Source: Haliotis cracherodii (lineage: Eukaryota). Taken from it: a stretch of DNA of 64,000 nucleotides. The stretch is taken from positions 50,902,001 through 50,966,000 of the forward strand of contig NW_027266286.1 of NCBI RefSeq assembly GCF_022045235.1, written 5' to 3'. Positions 13,101 to 26,104 of the stretch are shown one piece after another (position 1 is the stretch's first letter; every line of letters begins with the position of its first letter). Under the pieces are notes generated by a model, which did no database searches, was not told the DNA's origin, and was given only the letters and a program-made list of their open reading frames with translations. The translations under genes and the position numbers were made by a program.

Positions 13101-15109
13101 TTGGTAGTGTTTAATGTGTAACTTAGATGGTTAATGGCTGTATCCTCAAAGGGGGTTGACGTAGTGTACAATTATTGTCCCCCTGAGAGGATATGTAAGA
13201 CATATAAAACGTAGTATATTTGTTTCGTTTTAATTATGGCTTAATTGCGTACCATCGCCAGCAGCTGAAGGGATGGTGTAAATCCTGCTGGGGAGCCGTG
13301 CAGGTAATAGAAGTATTGTAAGTCCCCACGGTCCCCAAACTTTGGTTGCTGGCGATCTGTAGCCCGTTTTTATAATGCATTGTTGAATAATAGGTTATTC
13401 TTTTAATTGTTCTAAACTAGTTTTATTATAAACTGTGATATGCTAGTTGTTGTACTCTCTGTCGATGACAGGTTTTTATATTTTAATGTCAGTATTATAA
13501 ATGTTCTCGTCACGATATGGCTGAAATATTGCCGATGAGACGTTAGATTTTAACTCACTCTCTCACTCATATATATTTGCTGGAGTATAACACCCCTGTA
13601 GCCCTGGTGTTTGCATTTTGGATATCCAATGCAATAAGACACCGTCCTTGTTGACACTCGATAGTGGGTGGGGAGCAGGGGTGCAGAACAGCTTCCTTTC
13701 GTTATGTCTAAACAACACTCTGGTTCGAACAGAAAACATCTCGATGCTAGCTCATCTGATGACGACACTGATCTTCAATTAGATTCCTGGGCTCGATTCA
13801 TAGTAATCGAGTCATCTAATCATCAGCCTTTGAAATTGAATCCGTTTGCTATTTCTAAGGCCATCAATGGTTGTTGTGCTACGGTTGACAATGTTACTCG
13901 CCTCTGTAATGGCTCCATACTTGTGGAATGTGCCAGGAAACAGCAATCTTTCAACATGTTATCTATTAGACAATTTGCAAATGTAGAGGTTGCTGTCTCG
14001 GCACATAGGACATTGAACTCGTGACGAGGCATTGTGAGAGACAGAGCCCGATGTTTAGCTGACATGAGTGAAGATGAGATTGTGACAGAACTAACTAAAC
14101 AAGGTGTTACAGCTGTCAAGCGTTTCACCAGAAAACATGACAACAACATCATCAAAACCCACACTTATCTCTTTACCTTTTCCATGTCAAAAATTCCTAA
14201 ATCAATAAAAGCTGGGTACTTTAATATCGGAGTGGGAGTTTATGTACCAAACCCACTCCGATGTTACAAATGTAAACGTTTTGGACATGGACCTGCACTC
14301 TCAGTACAGCGCTTCAGTTGCTCACATGAGAACGCTGAGTGCACTGATGCCATAAAGTGTGCAAATTGCGATGGGGACCACTTGGCCACATCCAAACTTT
14401 GTCCACACTTTATCCCTCAATCTCAAATATTGAAAATTAAACACACTAACAATCTTTTCATGATGCTAAGAAGCTAGTTCTGTCACAATCTCCAAATAAC
14501 TCAACAAAATCTTACTCAGCAGCAGTAACTGTCACTCATGTTGTCAAAGCTGCCACAGTATCTGTTGGATGCCAAACAACCATCTTTTGGGTTGGTAATC
14601 AACAGATGCTACAAGACACTACGGCTCAAACATCTCAAAGCGAATCAGCAAGAACAACATCAGCTTCACAGACGGAGCTTGTAGATTCATCAAAAACATT
14701 AGAACCATAATCATCTCCAATTCATGGAGACCAACATCTAACTAAAACTGATAAAAAGAAACTGAAAAAAACGGCAAGTGCACTCCAACACTTGGAGATG
14801 CCTTCATCTCAGCCTACACCTGTTAGGGTTCAAAATCAATTTGAACCTTTGGCGATCGAGGTCACTTCATCTCCAATAGGCCATGGGAGTAGACTTCCCT
14901 CCCGGTCAAGATCCCCAGTAGAACCACCATGACCTGTTACAACCCTATAATACAATGGAATGCATTTGCAGAGGACTAAAAACAATTTTAATGATTTACA
15001 GCTATTAACACAGGATTTCAAGCCATCAGCCTTTTGTCTACAGGAAACCTAATTTAAAAATACAGATCAACTCAACATCAGAAAATATGATTCTTATCAT
15101 TTTTTTTTC

Positions 15110-15350
15110 GCTGTGCAAAGTTGCGTCCCTTGGACACGCCGGAAACCTATGATTGTGGGTTCGAATCCTGGTTCACCCCGATTATGTTTCTAGGTTTGTC
15201 AGCACCATACCCGTGCTCGTGGGTTTCACCGAAGTGGTAAACGTCTGAGACCTGCATCATTTCGGGCTTTCCTCCCACATTAAGCTGACACGCCGTGATA
15301 TAACTGGAATATTGTTAAAAGCGGCGTTAAATCCCAACTCACTCACTCAC
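15110..15350 (+). mobile_element. SINE, same family as 9880-10120
   Basis: B box GGTTCGAATCC; ACTCACTCAC tail; imperfect TSD TATCATTT(T/C)TTT at ~15095 and 15351. Confidence 0.82.
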
Positions 15351-16279
15351 TATCATTTCTTTTCACCTCCAGGAGTTAAAGCAACTGGAGGATCTTCAGT
15401 CCTGGTGAGGCAAGGTGTTATTTATGGCCCTGTTCCTCTGAATACACCTCTACAAGCTATCATAGTTCGTATCACCATGCACATTGTTTTTACTCTGTGC
15501 TCTCTTTACATTCCTCCATCTGCATCTCTTCAGCAATCCGATCTTAAAGCTCTCCATGACCAGCTTCCTAAGCCCTGTATTATAATGGGCGATATGAACG
15601 GACATAATCCACTTTGGGGTAGTAATCATACTAACGGTAAAGACAAGCTCTAAGAAGATTCTATTTCAATCAATACTCTGTGCCTTTTTAATGATAATTC
15701 AAACACATACATGTGTATTTACATTCTGGTACAGGCACATACTCTTTTCTTGATTTGTCTGTTACAGATTTCAACGTGCTAAATGAATTTGAGTGGTCAG
15801 TCCATGATGACCTCTGTCGAAGTGACCACTTTCCAAACATTCTAAACCCTGTTATCCAATCTGATGTTCCTCCGTCCTGTAGATCGAACTTTACCAAGGC
15901 TAACTGGCCTCTGTATGACCTTCTATGTACAACAAAGTTAACACCTGATCACTTTACTGACGTTCCTTACCCAATAAAATGCTTTTCTGATGAACTAGCT
16001 GAAGAACGTGTTCCTCTGTCCTCTGTAATTCCACACATACGTAAACCATGGTTTACCGATGACGGCAAGTGAGCTAGGAAGGCGAGGAAAAAAGTGGAGC
16101 ATTATTTCCTCTGCCATCCTATAGTCCATAACTTAAATAAATTTATTTCTTAATCGCAAAAGCACGGCGTACATTTAAAGAAAGTAAACGTCAATCTTGG
16201 CGAAATTAGGTTTCAAAAATAAATTTGAGAACTCCTATGCCCAAGGTGTGGAACATGATCCAAAAAATCAAAGGTAAGG

Positions 16280-16610
16280 TGGGATCAGGTGAAATGGGGT
16301 TTAACGTCGCGTCCAAGATTATTGCACTTACATAGCGACGTGCATGTACGTGTGTGTGTTTGTGTGGCTGCTTGTACTAGTCTGGACTGATGCCGATTTA
16401 TAGTGCTAGCTCACTGAGATACCATGCCACAGTTTAACATGAATACCCCACTCAGACACAGTATACTGACTCCGAGCCGACCAGTCCATGTTTTAGCCTG
16501 GCAGGGTAACAACAAGTACCATCTTCTAACGTCTTTCAGTATGACGCGGCCGGGGATCGAACCTTCCGCTCTCCGGGCGGACGCTCTACCACTAGACCAT
16601 GGAGGCGGTC
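16280..16610 (-). mobile_element. tRNA-derived SINE (Meta-domain-like body)
   Basis: Minus strand A box TGGTCTAGTGG and B box GGTTCGATCCC; exact TSD TCAAAGGTAAGG at 16268-16279 and 16611-16622. Family assignment is from memory. Confidence 0.85.
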
Positions 16611-17220
16611 TCAAAGGTAAGGGCACTAAATCTAGTATACATCATCTAAAAAATGGTGACCATTTATTAACTCATAAATCAGATATTGCAAAAAAAAACT
16701 TGGTGAAATTTTAGCTAATCACTCTTCCTCATCTAGCTATGTACCTCAATTCCAAAAGTATCAAAAACAGCAAGAAAAGAAACCTATTAATTTTAATTCA
16801 GATAATGGGGAAGATTATAATAAACTATTCTCTATTCATGAACTGCACACTGCTCTTGGACAAGTTCACGATACTGCTACAGGAGCTGATAACATACATT
16901 ATCAACTCCTGAAGCACTTACCACAATAATCTTTACAAACACTATTGAATATCTTTGATGTAATTTGGACGTCTGGGAAGTTTCCTCCTTCATGGCGTGA
17001 TGCTATAGTTGTCCCGATACCCAAACCCGGTCGAGATCATACTGATCCATCAAATTACCGACCAATATAATTGACAATATGCGTTTGCAAAACCATGGAA
17101 CGCATGATAAATAATCGACTAGTTTGGTACTTAGAAACCAATAATCTGATTACTAACATACAATGTGGTTTCCGGAAAAACAGAAGTATGATCGATCATT
17201 TGTTTCGCTTAGAGTCATTT

Positions 17221-17278
17221 GGCACTCGTGAAGAGCAACCTCCTCGTGGTGAGTACTGGGTAGCGCTAAGAGCTCTTC
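17221..17278 (+). ncRNA. HDV-like ribozyme at LINE 5' end
   Basis: GGCACUC-gu-GAAGAGC-a-ACC-UCCUCGU-GGU-GAGU(a)CU-GG-guagc-GCUAA-ga-GCUCUUC; one P1 mismatch; minimal P4. Confidence 0.82.
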
Positions 17279-20200
17279 CCCCGTGTGGAACCGGGGTAGA
17301 ATATTTCCACAGCACCCCATTGCTGGTCGTAAGAGGCGACCAAAGTGGGCAACCTGTTTGCCGTTGGTTGCGCCCCTGTGTCGAAGGAGGACGGGATTCT
17401 GGTGGTTGAGGGCATTGGAGCCAGGAACAGGTGTTCCTTTCGCCCAACACACCACTTTGACCCTTACTTCACCTAGACGGGTGGTAGAATTGGCCCGGTT
17501 CTATCAATCGGCTGGTCATGCCGTGCCCTGTGCATGGTAAATGTCAATTTTGATTATATTAGTATATCCTGCCTAGAGTCCTATGCCAGAAGGCGGTGGC
17601 TCATGGGCAAATCTGGCATTATTGACCTCCAGGTTCTGGTTGTCATCAGATATTTGTATAGGGCCGAACCAGCCTTACTCTTATTCTGTTCTGTTTGACA
17701 TTATTAGCTACCTGTGTTGGTATTGCTTGAGTATAGCACCCCTGTAACCCTAGTGTATGTAGTTGGCTTCCACTGCAATACTGTCCTTGTTGACACTCCA
17801 TGGCGGGTGGGGAGCAGGGTTGTCGAATCTGTTTTCTTTCATCATGGCTTCCCCACAAAACACTGGTTCTCGTTTCAAAAATAAGAGAAGACACGTTGAC
17901 ACAGATACAGTTTCATCTTCTTCTGATGAAACTTGTGTTACTAATGTGGATTCATGGCCTCGATTTCTGGTTGTGTAAGTTGTTCATGGCCAACCACTCA
18001 AGATCAATCCTTTTGTTGTTTCTAAATCAATACAAGGAATATGTGGTGATGTGAAGAACGTCCCTCGTTTACGGTCTGGTTCTCTTTTGATAGAGTGTGC
18101 AAGGAGATAGCAGTCTCTAAATCTGCTAAATGCACATCATTTTGAGATAGTTGTCTCTGTGCACACGTCTCTTAATTCATGTAGGGGCATTGTTCGTGAT
18201 CGGGCTAAATGTCTGTCTGACATGTCAGAGGATGAGATTGAGGTGGAACTGAAATCTCAAGGGGTGACTTCCGTAAAACGATTCACCCGAAAAGATAATG
18301 GCAGAATAATCAATACCACTACTTATCTTTTGACCTTTTCACTGTCAAAACTTCCGACATCCATCAAAGCTGGATATTTTAACATCAGAATGGATATATA
18401 TATTCCAAATCCACTCCGTTGTTTTAAGTGTCAACATTTTGGACATGGGGCCAAATCTTGCACTCACGATCCAATTTGCTGCCGCTGCAGTGGCAAACAT
18501 GACAATATCGATTGCACCAATGATATCAAGTGTTCAAACTGCAACGGTGAGCACATGTCCTACTCCAAGTTCTGTCCTGTCTTTGACAGAGAATCTAAAA
18601 TTGTGAAATTAAAGTACACAAACAACATTTCGTTTTCTGAAGCCAAGAAATTGGTAGCAGACCAAGCTCCCAATACTCCTTCCTCAAGGTCATACTCTGC
18701 CACAGTTTCTTCTGCCATCAAAAAGGTGAATACTTCATGTCAGACAGCAATTAGCTTGGTCACGGATAAGCAAATAATGCTCTACTCTCTTTCTGAGATG
18801 ACAACATCCGCTGAAACACAGACTGTTATACCATCTCCCCCTCAGTCTCAACCAGCTGACCTTCCTAAACCAGGCCCTGAGCCAGATACGGAATCTATGC
18901 AAGATGCTGAACCTGTGCCAGATATTAACACAGATCAAATCATTGCAATGAAACGTTTAACCAATAAAGAAAGAAAACTGCAGAAACGAAAAGAAGCTAA
19001 GGCCCTTAAGCATATTAAGGAGTCTTTACCAATCCCTATAGAGGTTCACAACAGCTTTGAACCTCTTGAGATGGAGGTCTCTCCATCGCTGCCATTACAG
19101 CGTAGAGGATCTTCCCCACGCTCACGTTCTCCAATTGAGCCTCCATGAGTTGCTCTCCTAATCTAATCCAATGGAATTGTAGAGGACTTCGGCACAATTT
19201 CACTGATCTTCAGCTATTAATTCAGGATTCCAAACCATCTGCATTTTGTTTACAAGAAACTTTCCTTAAAACTACTGATAAATTTGATTTAAGATAGTAT
19301 GATTTTAAATGAAAGATACTTAAGGATTTTCTCTTGAATAATGATTTGTGTGTTTTCAATGATGGTACTCACACATATCTACATCCTGCAACTGGCACTT
19401 ACTCTTGTTTAGACCTGTCAGTTGTAGATTCGAATTTACTTCAGGAATTTGAATGGTCAGTCCACAATGACCTATGTGGAAGCGACCATTTTCCTACCAT
19501 TTTACAATCTGTGACACCATCTGATGTTTCTCCATCATCACGATGGAATTTTACTAAGGCAAACTGGGCTTTATATGCAACCCTTTGCACTAATCATCTA
19601 AAACCTGATGGTTTTATTGATGTTTCTGATCCTATAAAACTTTTTTTCCGATAAACTAAATCAAATAGCTGATGATTGTATTCTGAAGTCCTCTTCAAAT
19701 CCTAACATACATAAACCATGGTTCAACAATGATTGCAAACTAGCTGGGAAGGCAAGGAAAAAAGCTGAACAATATAAATTGTGGACCATCCTATGGTCCA
19801 CAATTTAAAACCGATACTTCAGATATTGCTAATAAACTTGGTGAAACTCTGGCTCAACATTCTTCCTCCTGACGAACTATGCCCCTACATTCCAAAAATA
19901 TCAAAAGCAGCAAGAAAAGAAACCTATAAATTTTAATTCAGATAATGGCGAGGATTACAATGAAATCTTTTCCATTCATGAACTCAATACTGCCCTTGGG
20001 CAAGCTCATGACACTGCTTCAGGGTCTGATAATATACATTATCAACTCTTAAAACATTTACTGCAATCCTGTTTAGAAACCCTCTTGATGATCTTTGATC
20101 AAACCTGGACGTCAGGAGAATTTCCTTCTTCATGGCGTGATGCTATAGTAATTCCCATACCTAAACCTGGTCGTGATTATACTGATCCTTCCAATTATCG

Positions 20201-21797
20201 ACCAATTTCATTGATTAGTTGCATTTTCAAAACCATGGAACGCATGGTCAATAACAATTAACCTGGTACTTAGAATCCCATAACTTAATCACAAATATCC
20301 AATGTGGATTCCGTAAAAATCGCAGTACCATTGACCACTTAGTTCGTCTGGAGTCATTCGTTCAGAATGCCATTGTAAATAAGCAACATGCAGTGTCTAT
20401 CTTTTTCGATCTAGACACTACATGGAAGCACGGTATTTGAAAAGACTTACATGACTTTGGATTGCGAGGCCGTTTGCCTCAATATCCAAGTTTTTATCTG
20501 ACAGACAATTTCAAGTCCTCATGGGTTCTACCCTGTCTGATCATTATGATCAGGATCAGAGTGTCCCACAAGGCAGTATTTTGTCTGTCACATTGTTCAG
20601 CATTAAAATAAATAGCCTCTCTAAGGTTTTAAATGACTCCATTGATGGATCTTTATTCGTGGATGACTTTAACATATCATGTCGTGGTAAAAACATGCAT
20701 ACTATCGAAAGACAATTACAATTAAGTCTCAATAAGATAAATAAATGGTGTTTAGAAAATGGTTTTAAATTTTCGAAATCTAAAACAAACTGTTTACACT
20801 TTTGTAGGAAATACAAACCTCATAAAGACCCTGAGTTAGTTTTAGATAGCACTCCGATTAAAGTTGTAAAAGAGGCTAAATTCCTAGGTATTATTTTTGA
20901 CCACATATAAAATATTTGAAAAATAAATGCCTGAAGGCCCTTGACCTACTGAAAGTTGTTTCAAATTCCAAGTGGGGAGGGGATCAGAAAACCCTACTCC
21001 AATTATACAGAGCACTAATTCGCTCTAAACTGGATTATGGCTCCATCGTCTATGGTGGAGCCTGCAAAAGCAACATTAAACTTTTGAATACTATCCATCA
21101 TCAAGGTCTAAGACTATGTCTTGGATCTTTCCGAACTTTTCCTATTCACAGTCTTGTACGTTGAAGCTGATGAGCCATCTCTTAAACAACGCCGCATTAA
21201 ATTATCCTTACAGTATGTCTCTAAATTACTCTCTAATAATTCGAATCCAGCATATGACTGTGTTTTTAACCCCCTTTATGAAAATCTCTATAAAAAAAAA
21301 TCATCGGTTCTCCCTCCACTTGGAATAAGACTTCAATCTGATATTTCAGCTGCTCAAATTAATCTTGACGATATAGCCCCCACGCAGCTTTTGTCTTCTC
21401 TACCTTGGCAGTTAGTAAAGCCAGAGGTGGATCTGATATTAACTAAATTAAAGAAATCGGAAACAAATCCACTTATTTCCCATCAAACATACAATGAATT
21501 AAGAAACACATATAATACATACAAATCTATATTTTCAGATGGATCCAAGGATAGTGGCGCTGTTGCCAGCACCACTGTCATTGGATTCAGGACTATCTCC
21601 TCCAGATTACCCGATAATAGTTCTATTTTCTTTCTTGCCTGCAGGCTATCCATAACGTATCATGTCAACATCCACTTTTAATCAAAATATTGAATTATTT
21701 AATGAACTTGCTACTGGCCAATACGACATCGTCTTTTGTTGGTTGCCCAGTCATGTGGGCATCAAAGGCAACTCGATGACGGATGCTGCTGCAAAAG
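17221..21797 (+). mobile_element. Third I-group LINE inserted in the RT of the outer LINE; 3' end lost
   Basis: Starts with the same ribozyme and 5'UTR; ORF1 17844-19148 (329-aa open part with CCHC knuckles); APE/RT/RNase H fragments; fused to another RT segment at ~21798. Confidence 0.85.
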
Positions 21798-23267
21798 GAA
21801 TTTCAAGTCCGGGTGGGTTCTACCCAGTCTGATCATTATAATCAGGATCAGGGAGTTCCACAAGGCAGTATCTTGTCTGTCACATTGTTTAGTATTAAGA
21901 TAAATAGTTTGTCTAAAGTTTTAAATGATTCGATAGATGGATCGCTCTTTGTGGATGATTTTAATATATCTTGTCGTGGCAAAAACATGCATACTATTGA
22001 AAGGCAACTGCCGCTATGTTTAAATAAAATCCAGAAATGGTTTTTAGAAAATGGTTTTAAATTTTCAAAATCTAAAACAAACTGTATACATTTTTGTAGA
22101 AAATATAAACCCCACAAAGATCCTGAATTAATTTAAGATAACACTCCCATTAAAGTTGTTAAGGAAGCCAAATTCTTAGGTCTAATTTTTGATCATCATT
22201 TAACCCTTCTGCCCCATATTAAATACTTAAAGAATATATGTCTGAAGGCCCTAGATCTGTTAAAAGTTGTCTCAAATTCTAAGTGGGGAGGGGATCAGTA
22301 AACCCTCCTTCAACTTTACAGAACACTGATCCGGTCAAAACTGGATTACGGCTCCATCGTCTATGGTGAAGCCTGTAAAAGTAATTTTAAAATTATAAGA
22401 TACAATTCATCATCAAGGACTGAGGCTTTGCCTTGGTGCTTTCAGAACTTCACCCATTAATTGTCTGTATGTAGAGGCTGATGAACCATCCCTCAAGCAA
22501 CGCCGCAAAAAACTGTCATTACAAAATGTTACACAACTTGTTTCTAATCACTCAAATCCAGCTTAAAGCCACAGGTAGATCTCTCATTAACTAAACTAAA
22601 GAAATCAGACACCAATGAAATAATGTACCAACAGGAATATGATCAATTAAGAAACAACTATCATACATGTAACTCTATCTTTACAGATGGATCCAAGGAT
22701 GGTGACGCAGTTGTTTGCGCAACTGTCATTGGATCCAGAACCAGAACATCCAGATTACCAAATGACAGTTCCATTTTTACAGCAGAATCAAAGGCAATCT
22801 TAACAGCTCTCAAATATATGCTCAATCTAAGCACACACAGTTCATTATATTTTCTGATTCCCTTTCCTGTCTTCAAGCCATTTAGAATATTTCCTGTCAA
22901 CATCCACTTGTACGTGACATCATAGAACTTCATAACAATCTTGCTACTGGCCAGTACGACATCGTGTTTTGTTGGTTACCCAGCCATGTTGGCATAACTG
23001 GTAACACAATGGCTGATGCTGCAGCCAAAGCAGCACTCAACAAATTTGTGACACCACTTCTGATACCATACAGTGATTATTAATCCGTGATTAGATCTTA
23101 CATCCATGATCTTATTGCAACAGAAGTGGGAAACTCAAGTAGGTATAAATAATTACATGAAATTAAACCAACTATTGGCTACACCTACTTGGGTTGTCAG
23201 TCCAGATTTGAAGAAGTCATAATACGACGATGTCGTATTTGCCATAGCAGGTATACTCATGAATATA

Positions 23268-24812
23268 TACTACTCAAAATTTGATAAGGATCGTAGATAT
23301 TTTTCTTAATAAAAAAACAAAATAACTGCATAACTGGCAATATTGTGTTCAAGTGAAATCAAAAACGTCTCCAACACACGTGCACGTGCATTTCATGCCA
23401 TGGGAAATGCGTTTCACATCACAGTTCATGCTTTTGCTACCATTGCACGATTTCCAATCAGGCAACGGTGTCTGATTCATTCTGAAACTGTAAACTCAAT
23501 TGAGTGTTTACACTACGTTTATCTACGCAATGCCCACTCAACGTGTAAGGCGTCGCCTGACGACAGAACAACTGGGGAGATGTATTGGAATGCTTGATGC
23601 TGGCTATTCACAACGTGACGTTGCCAGTGCACTAAACGTCAGCCAGAGCGTTGTAAGCAGGGCCTGGTCCCGACAGCAAAATTTTGGTACAGCAGCACAC
23701 CGACATGGGGGTGGTCGTCAGAGGTCGACAACCCAACGCCAAGATCATTTTGTGGCTCTTCAGGCACGACGTCATCCCTTCTGGACAGCAACCAGCGTAA
23801 CGACCTCCTGAACGCCTCGGGGGTGAATGTGTCCACTCAGACGATACGGAATCGTCTTCACAATGCAGGTCTCTACTCGAGAAGGGCATGTGTCCGAATC
23901 CCCCTGACTGTTCGACATCGGCGGGAGCGATTGGAATGGGCTGAAGATCATGTCACTTGGACACGGAACGATTGGGTTCCAGTTCTGTTCACCGATGAGT
24001 CCAGGTATTGTTTGGACTTTACAGACAGGAGGCAGCGGGTGTGGCGACGACAACGTGAACGTTTCCATGATGCCAACATCAGTGAACATGACCGTTATGG
24101 TGGTGGTTCCATCATGGTCTGGGGTGGAATCAACAGAGATGTCCTGGAGAGAGGAACAATGACGGGGGTGAGGTACCGGGATGAGATCCTCGATGTGTAC
24201 GTCAGACCCTACGCTGGTGCTGTTGGCCCTGAGTTCATCCTGATGGATGATAACGCCCGTCCTCATCGCGCCAGGGTGGTTGAGCAGTACCTTGAGCAGG
24301 AGACAATTGTCCGCATGGATTGGCCAGCGCGCTTGCCGGACTTGAACCCGATTGAGCATGTCTGGAACATGCTGCAGGTTGCCCTTTCACGCCGTAGAGC
24401 ACAACCCACGACTTTGGCAGAGCTCGGACATGCCCTCGTGGAAGAGTGGAACAACCTTCCCATTGGGAACATCCGGGTGCTTATTGACAGCATATCTCGA
24501 CGTTGTCAGGCCGTCATCGATGCAAGGGGAGGTCATACTCGATATTGACACTTCATCGACTAAGTGTTATGATGGACTATCCCTCATAACTGTGTAATTC
24601 TTTCTCTTGTTTGCTGTTAACATTTTTTAATGAAATGCCTTTTGGTGTTTGCAGATTTCAAACATTCCATATTGATACAAGTTCATGCCGTTCATGAATT
24701 TTCATTCATAACATGATCAAACACGTTTCTGAGTCAGAGTCATGTCTTTTGTTATGTTTGTGGTAACTTACACACATATCACCTAGTGATCCTTATCAAA
24801 TTTTGAGTAGTA
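23268..24812 (+). mobile_element. Tc1/mariner DNA transposon (1545 bp)
   Basis: Perfect 25-bp TIRs TACTACTCAAAATTTGATAAGGATC (23268-23292 and 24788-24812); TA TSD; removing it restores the LINE sequence. Confidence 0.95.
23530..24548 (+). pseudogene. Tc1 DDE transposase, frameshifted near 23800
   Basis: HTH N-terminus in one frame; 'LFTDES', 'MDDNARPH' and 'PDLNPIEHVW' in ORF 23823..24548. Confidence 0.9.
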
Positions 24813-25666
24813 TATATTAAAAGGTGAGGATCCTCCATTCTGCATCCATTGTGATGACAGAATCACGGCCAAGCATGTCCTGCTTGACTGTGTTGATTTT
24901 TCCATCACAAGGGATAAATATTTCAAATCATCATCAATAACGGATCTTTTTAATAGAATAAATTCTTTTTTAATTATAGGCTTTTTAAAAGAAATTGAAC
25001 TTATTGATAAATTTTGAATTGTGTAAATAGCTATATTTTATATCAGTAGTGTATAATATGTAACTTAGATTGTTACGGCTATATCCTCAAAGAGGATTGA
25101 AGTAGCGTAAAATTGTTGTTCCCCTGAGAGGATATGTAAGACCATATCATTCAAAGTACATTTATTCTTTCATCGGTTTTAAACGTAGTATATTTGTTTA
25201 TTTTAACTGTTGGCTTCATTGCATCCCATCACCAGCAGATGAAGGGTTGGTGTAAATCCTGCTGGGGAGCCGTGCAGGTAGCAAAAGTAATGTAAGTCCC
25301 CACTGTCCCTAGTGAGGGTTGCTGGTGAACTACAGCCCATTTTTATATTGTATTGTTGATAGAAAATGTATTCTTTTAACTGTTCTCAACTAGTTTTAAA
25401 ATCGAAACTGTGATACTCTAGTTATCTTACTGTCCATCGTTGACAGCTTTTTAATTAAATCAAAATATAATTATTATAAATGTTTTGTCACGATATGTCT
25501 GAAATATTGCCTATGTGACGTTAACTTTCACTCAATCACTTTGTCGACAGGTTTTTATATAGTCAAAATGTATTCATTATTGATGTATAAACTGATCTCG
25601 TCACAACATGGCTGTAATATTACCCATGTGACGTTAAATTTTAACTCACTCACTCATATCAAGAAC

Positions 25667-26100
25667 AGAGAAGTATTTCATGAAGCCCAAACAGTCTAGC
25701 AATTTTTCCAACTGAGTCTTTCAAAGTCTGGTTATTGAGCTGACGATAATCAATGCATACTCTCAAATCTCCATTGTGTTTTCGTACTAGGACGACATTT
25801 GATGCCCAAGGACTATGTGAGGGTTTTATCACTCCAGCAGACAGAAGTTGCTTAAAGTGACTAGACTTCATCATACATGGGTGGAGGTATTCGGCGATGG
25901 TGATGCTTGAATGGGATATCATTGACGACGTCGATGCAATGTTGTAGTGCAGTACTGTGGCCTAAGTCATCATCCCCTTTGGAAAAGATGTCATTGAACT
26001 TGGTGATGATGTTCAGTCCTAACTCCAGTTTCTTTTCAGATAGATCTTGTTCAATGTCGGGCATACTACTGATAAAAAAAGTTAGAAAGTCGTGGTTCAT
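25667..26100 (-). mobile_element. Gypsy pol continuation (RT N-terminus)
   Basis: 'PSHSPWASNVVLVRKHNGDLRVCIDYRQLN'; joins the 3839-6715 piece across the TSD. Confidence 0.9.
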
Positions 26101-26104
26101 GCTG

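Larger units (their letters stand above)
7562..13566 (+). mobile_element. Full-length decayed I-group (Nimb-like) LINE inserted in the 5'UTR of the outer LINE
   Basis: TSD TCATATATATTTGCT at 7547-7561 and 13567-13581; ORF1 with three CCHC-type knuckles (8424..9254); APE 'QETYLK..GDLNGHN', RT 'YRPISLTS..FVDD', RNase H 'IFTDGSK'; many stops; (ACTC)n tail. Confidence 0.92.
6716..25653 (+). mobile_element. Outer I-group (Nimb-like) LINE carrying nested LINEs, SINEs and a Tc1 (~19-kb stack)
   Basis: TSD TCATATCAAGAAC at 6703-6715 and 25654-25666 inside Gypsy RT; 5'UTR resumes at 13582; CCHC ORF1 remnants ~13704-14932; APE/RT/RNase H remnants to ~25017; (ACTC)n tail at ~25645-25655. Confidence 0.85.
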
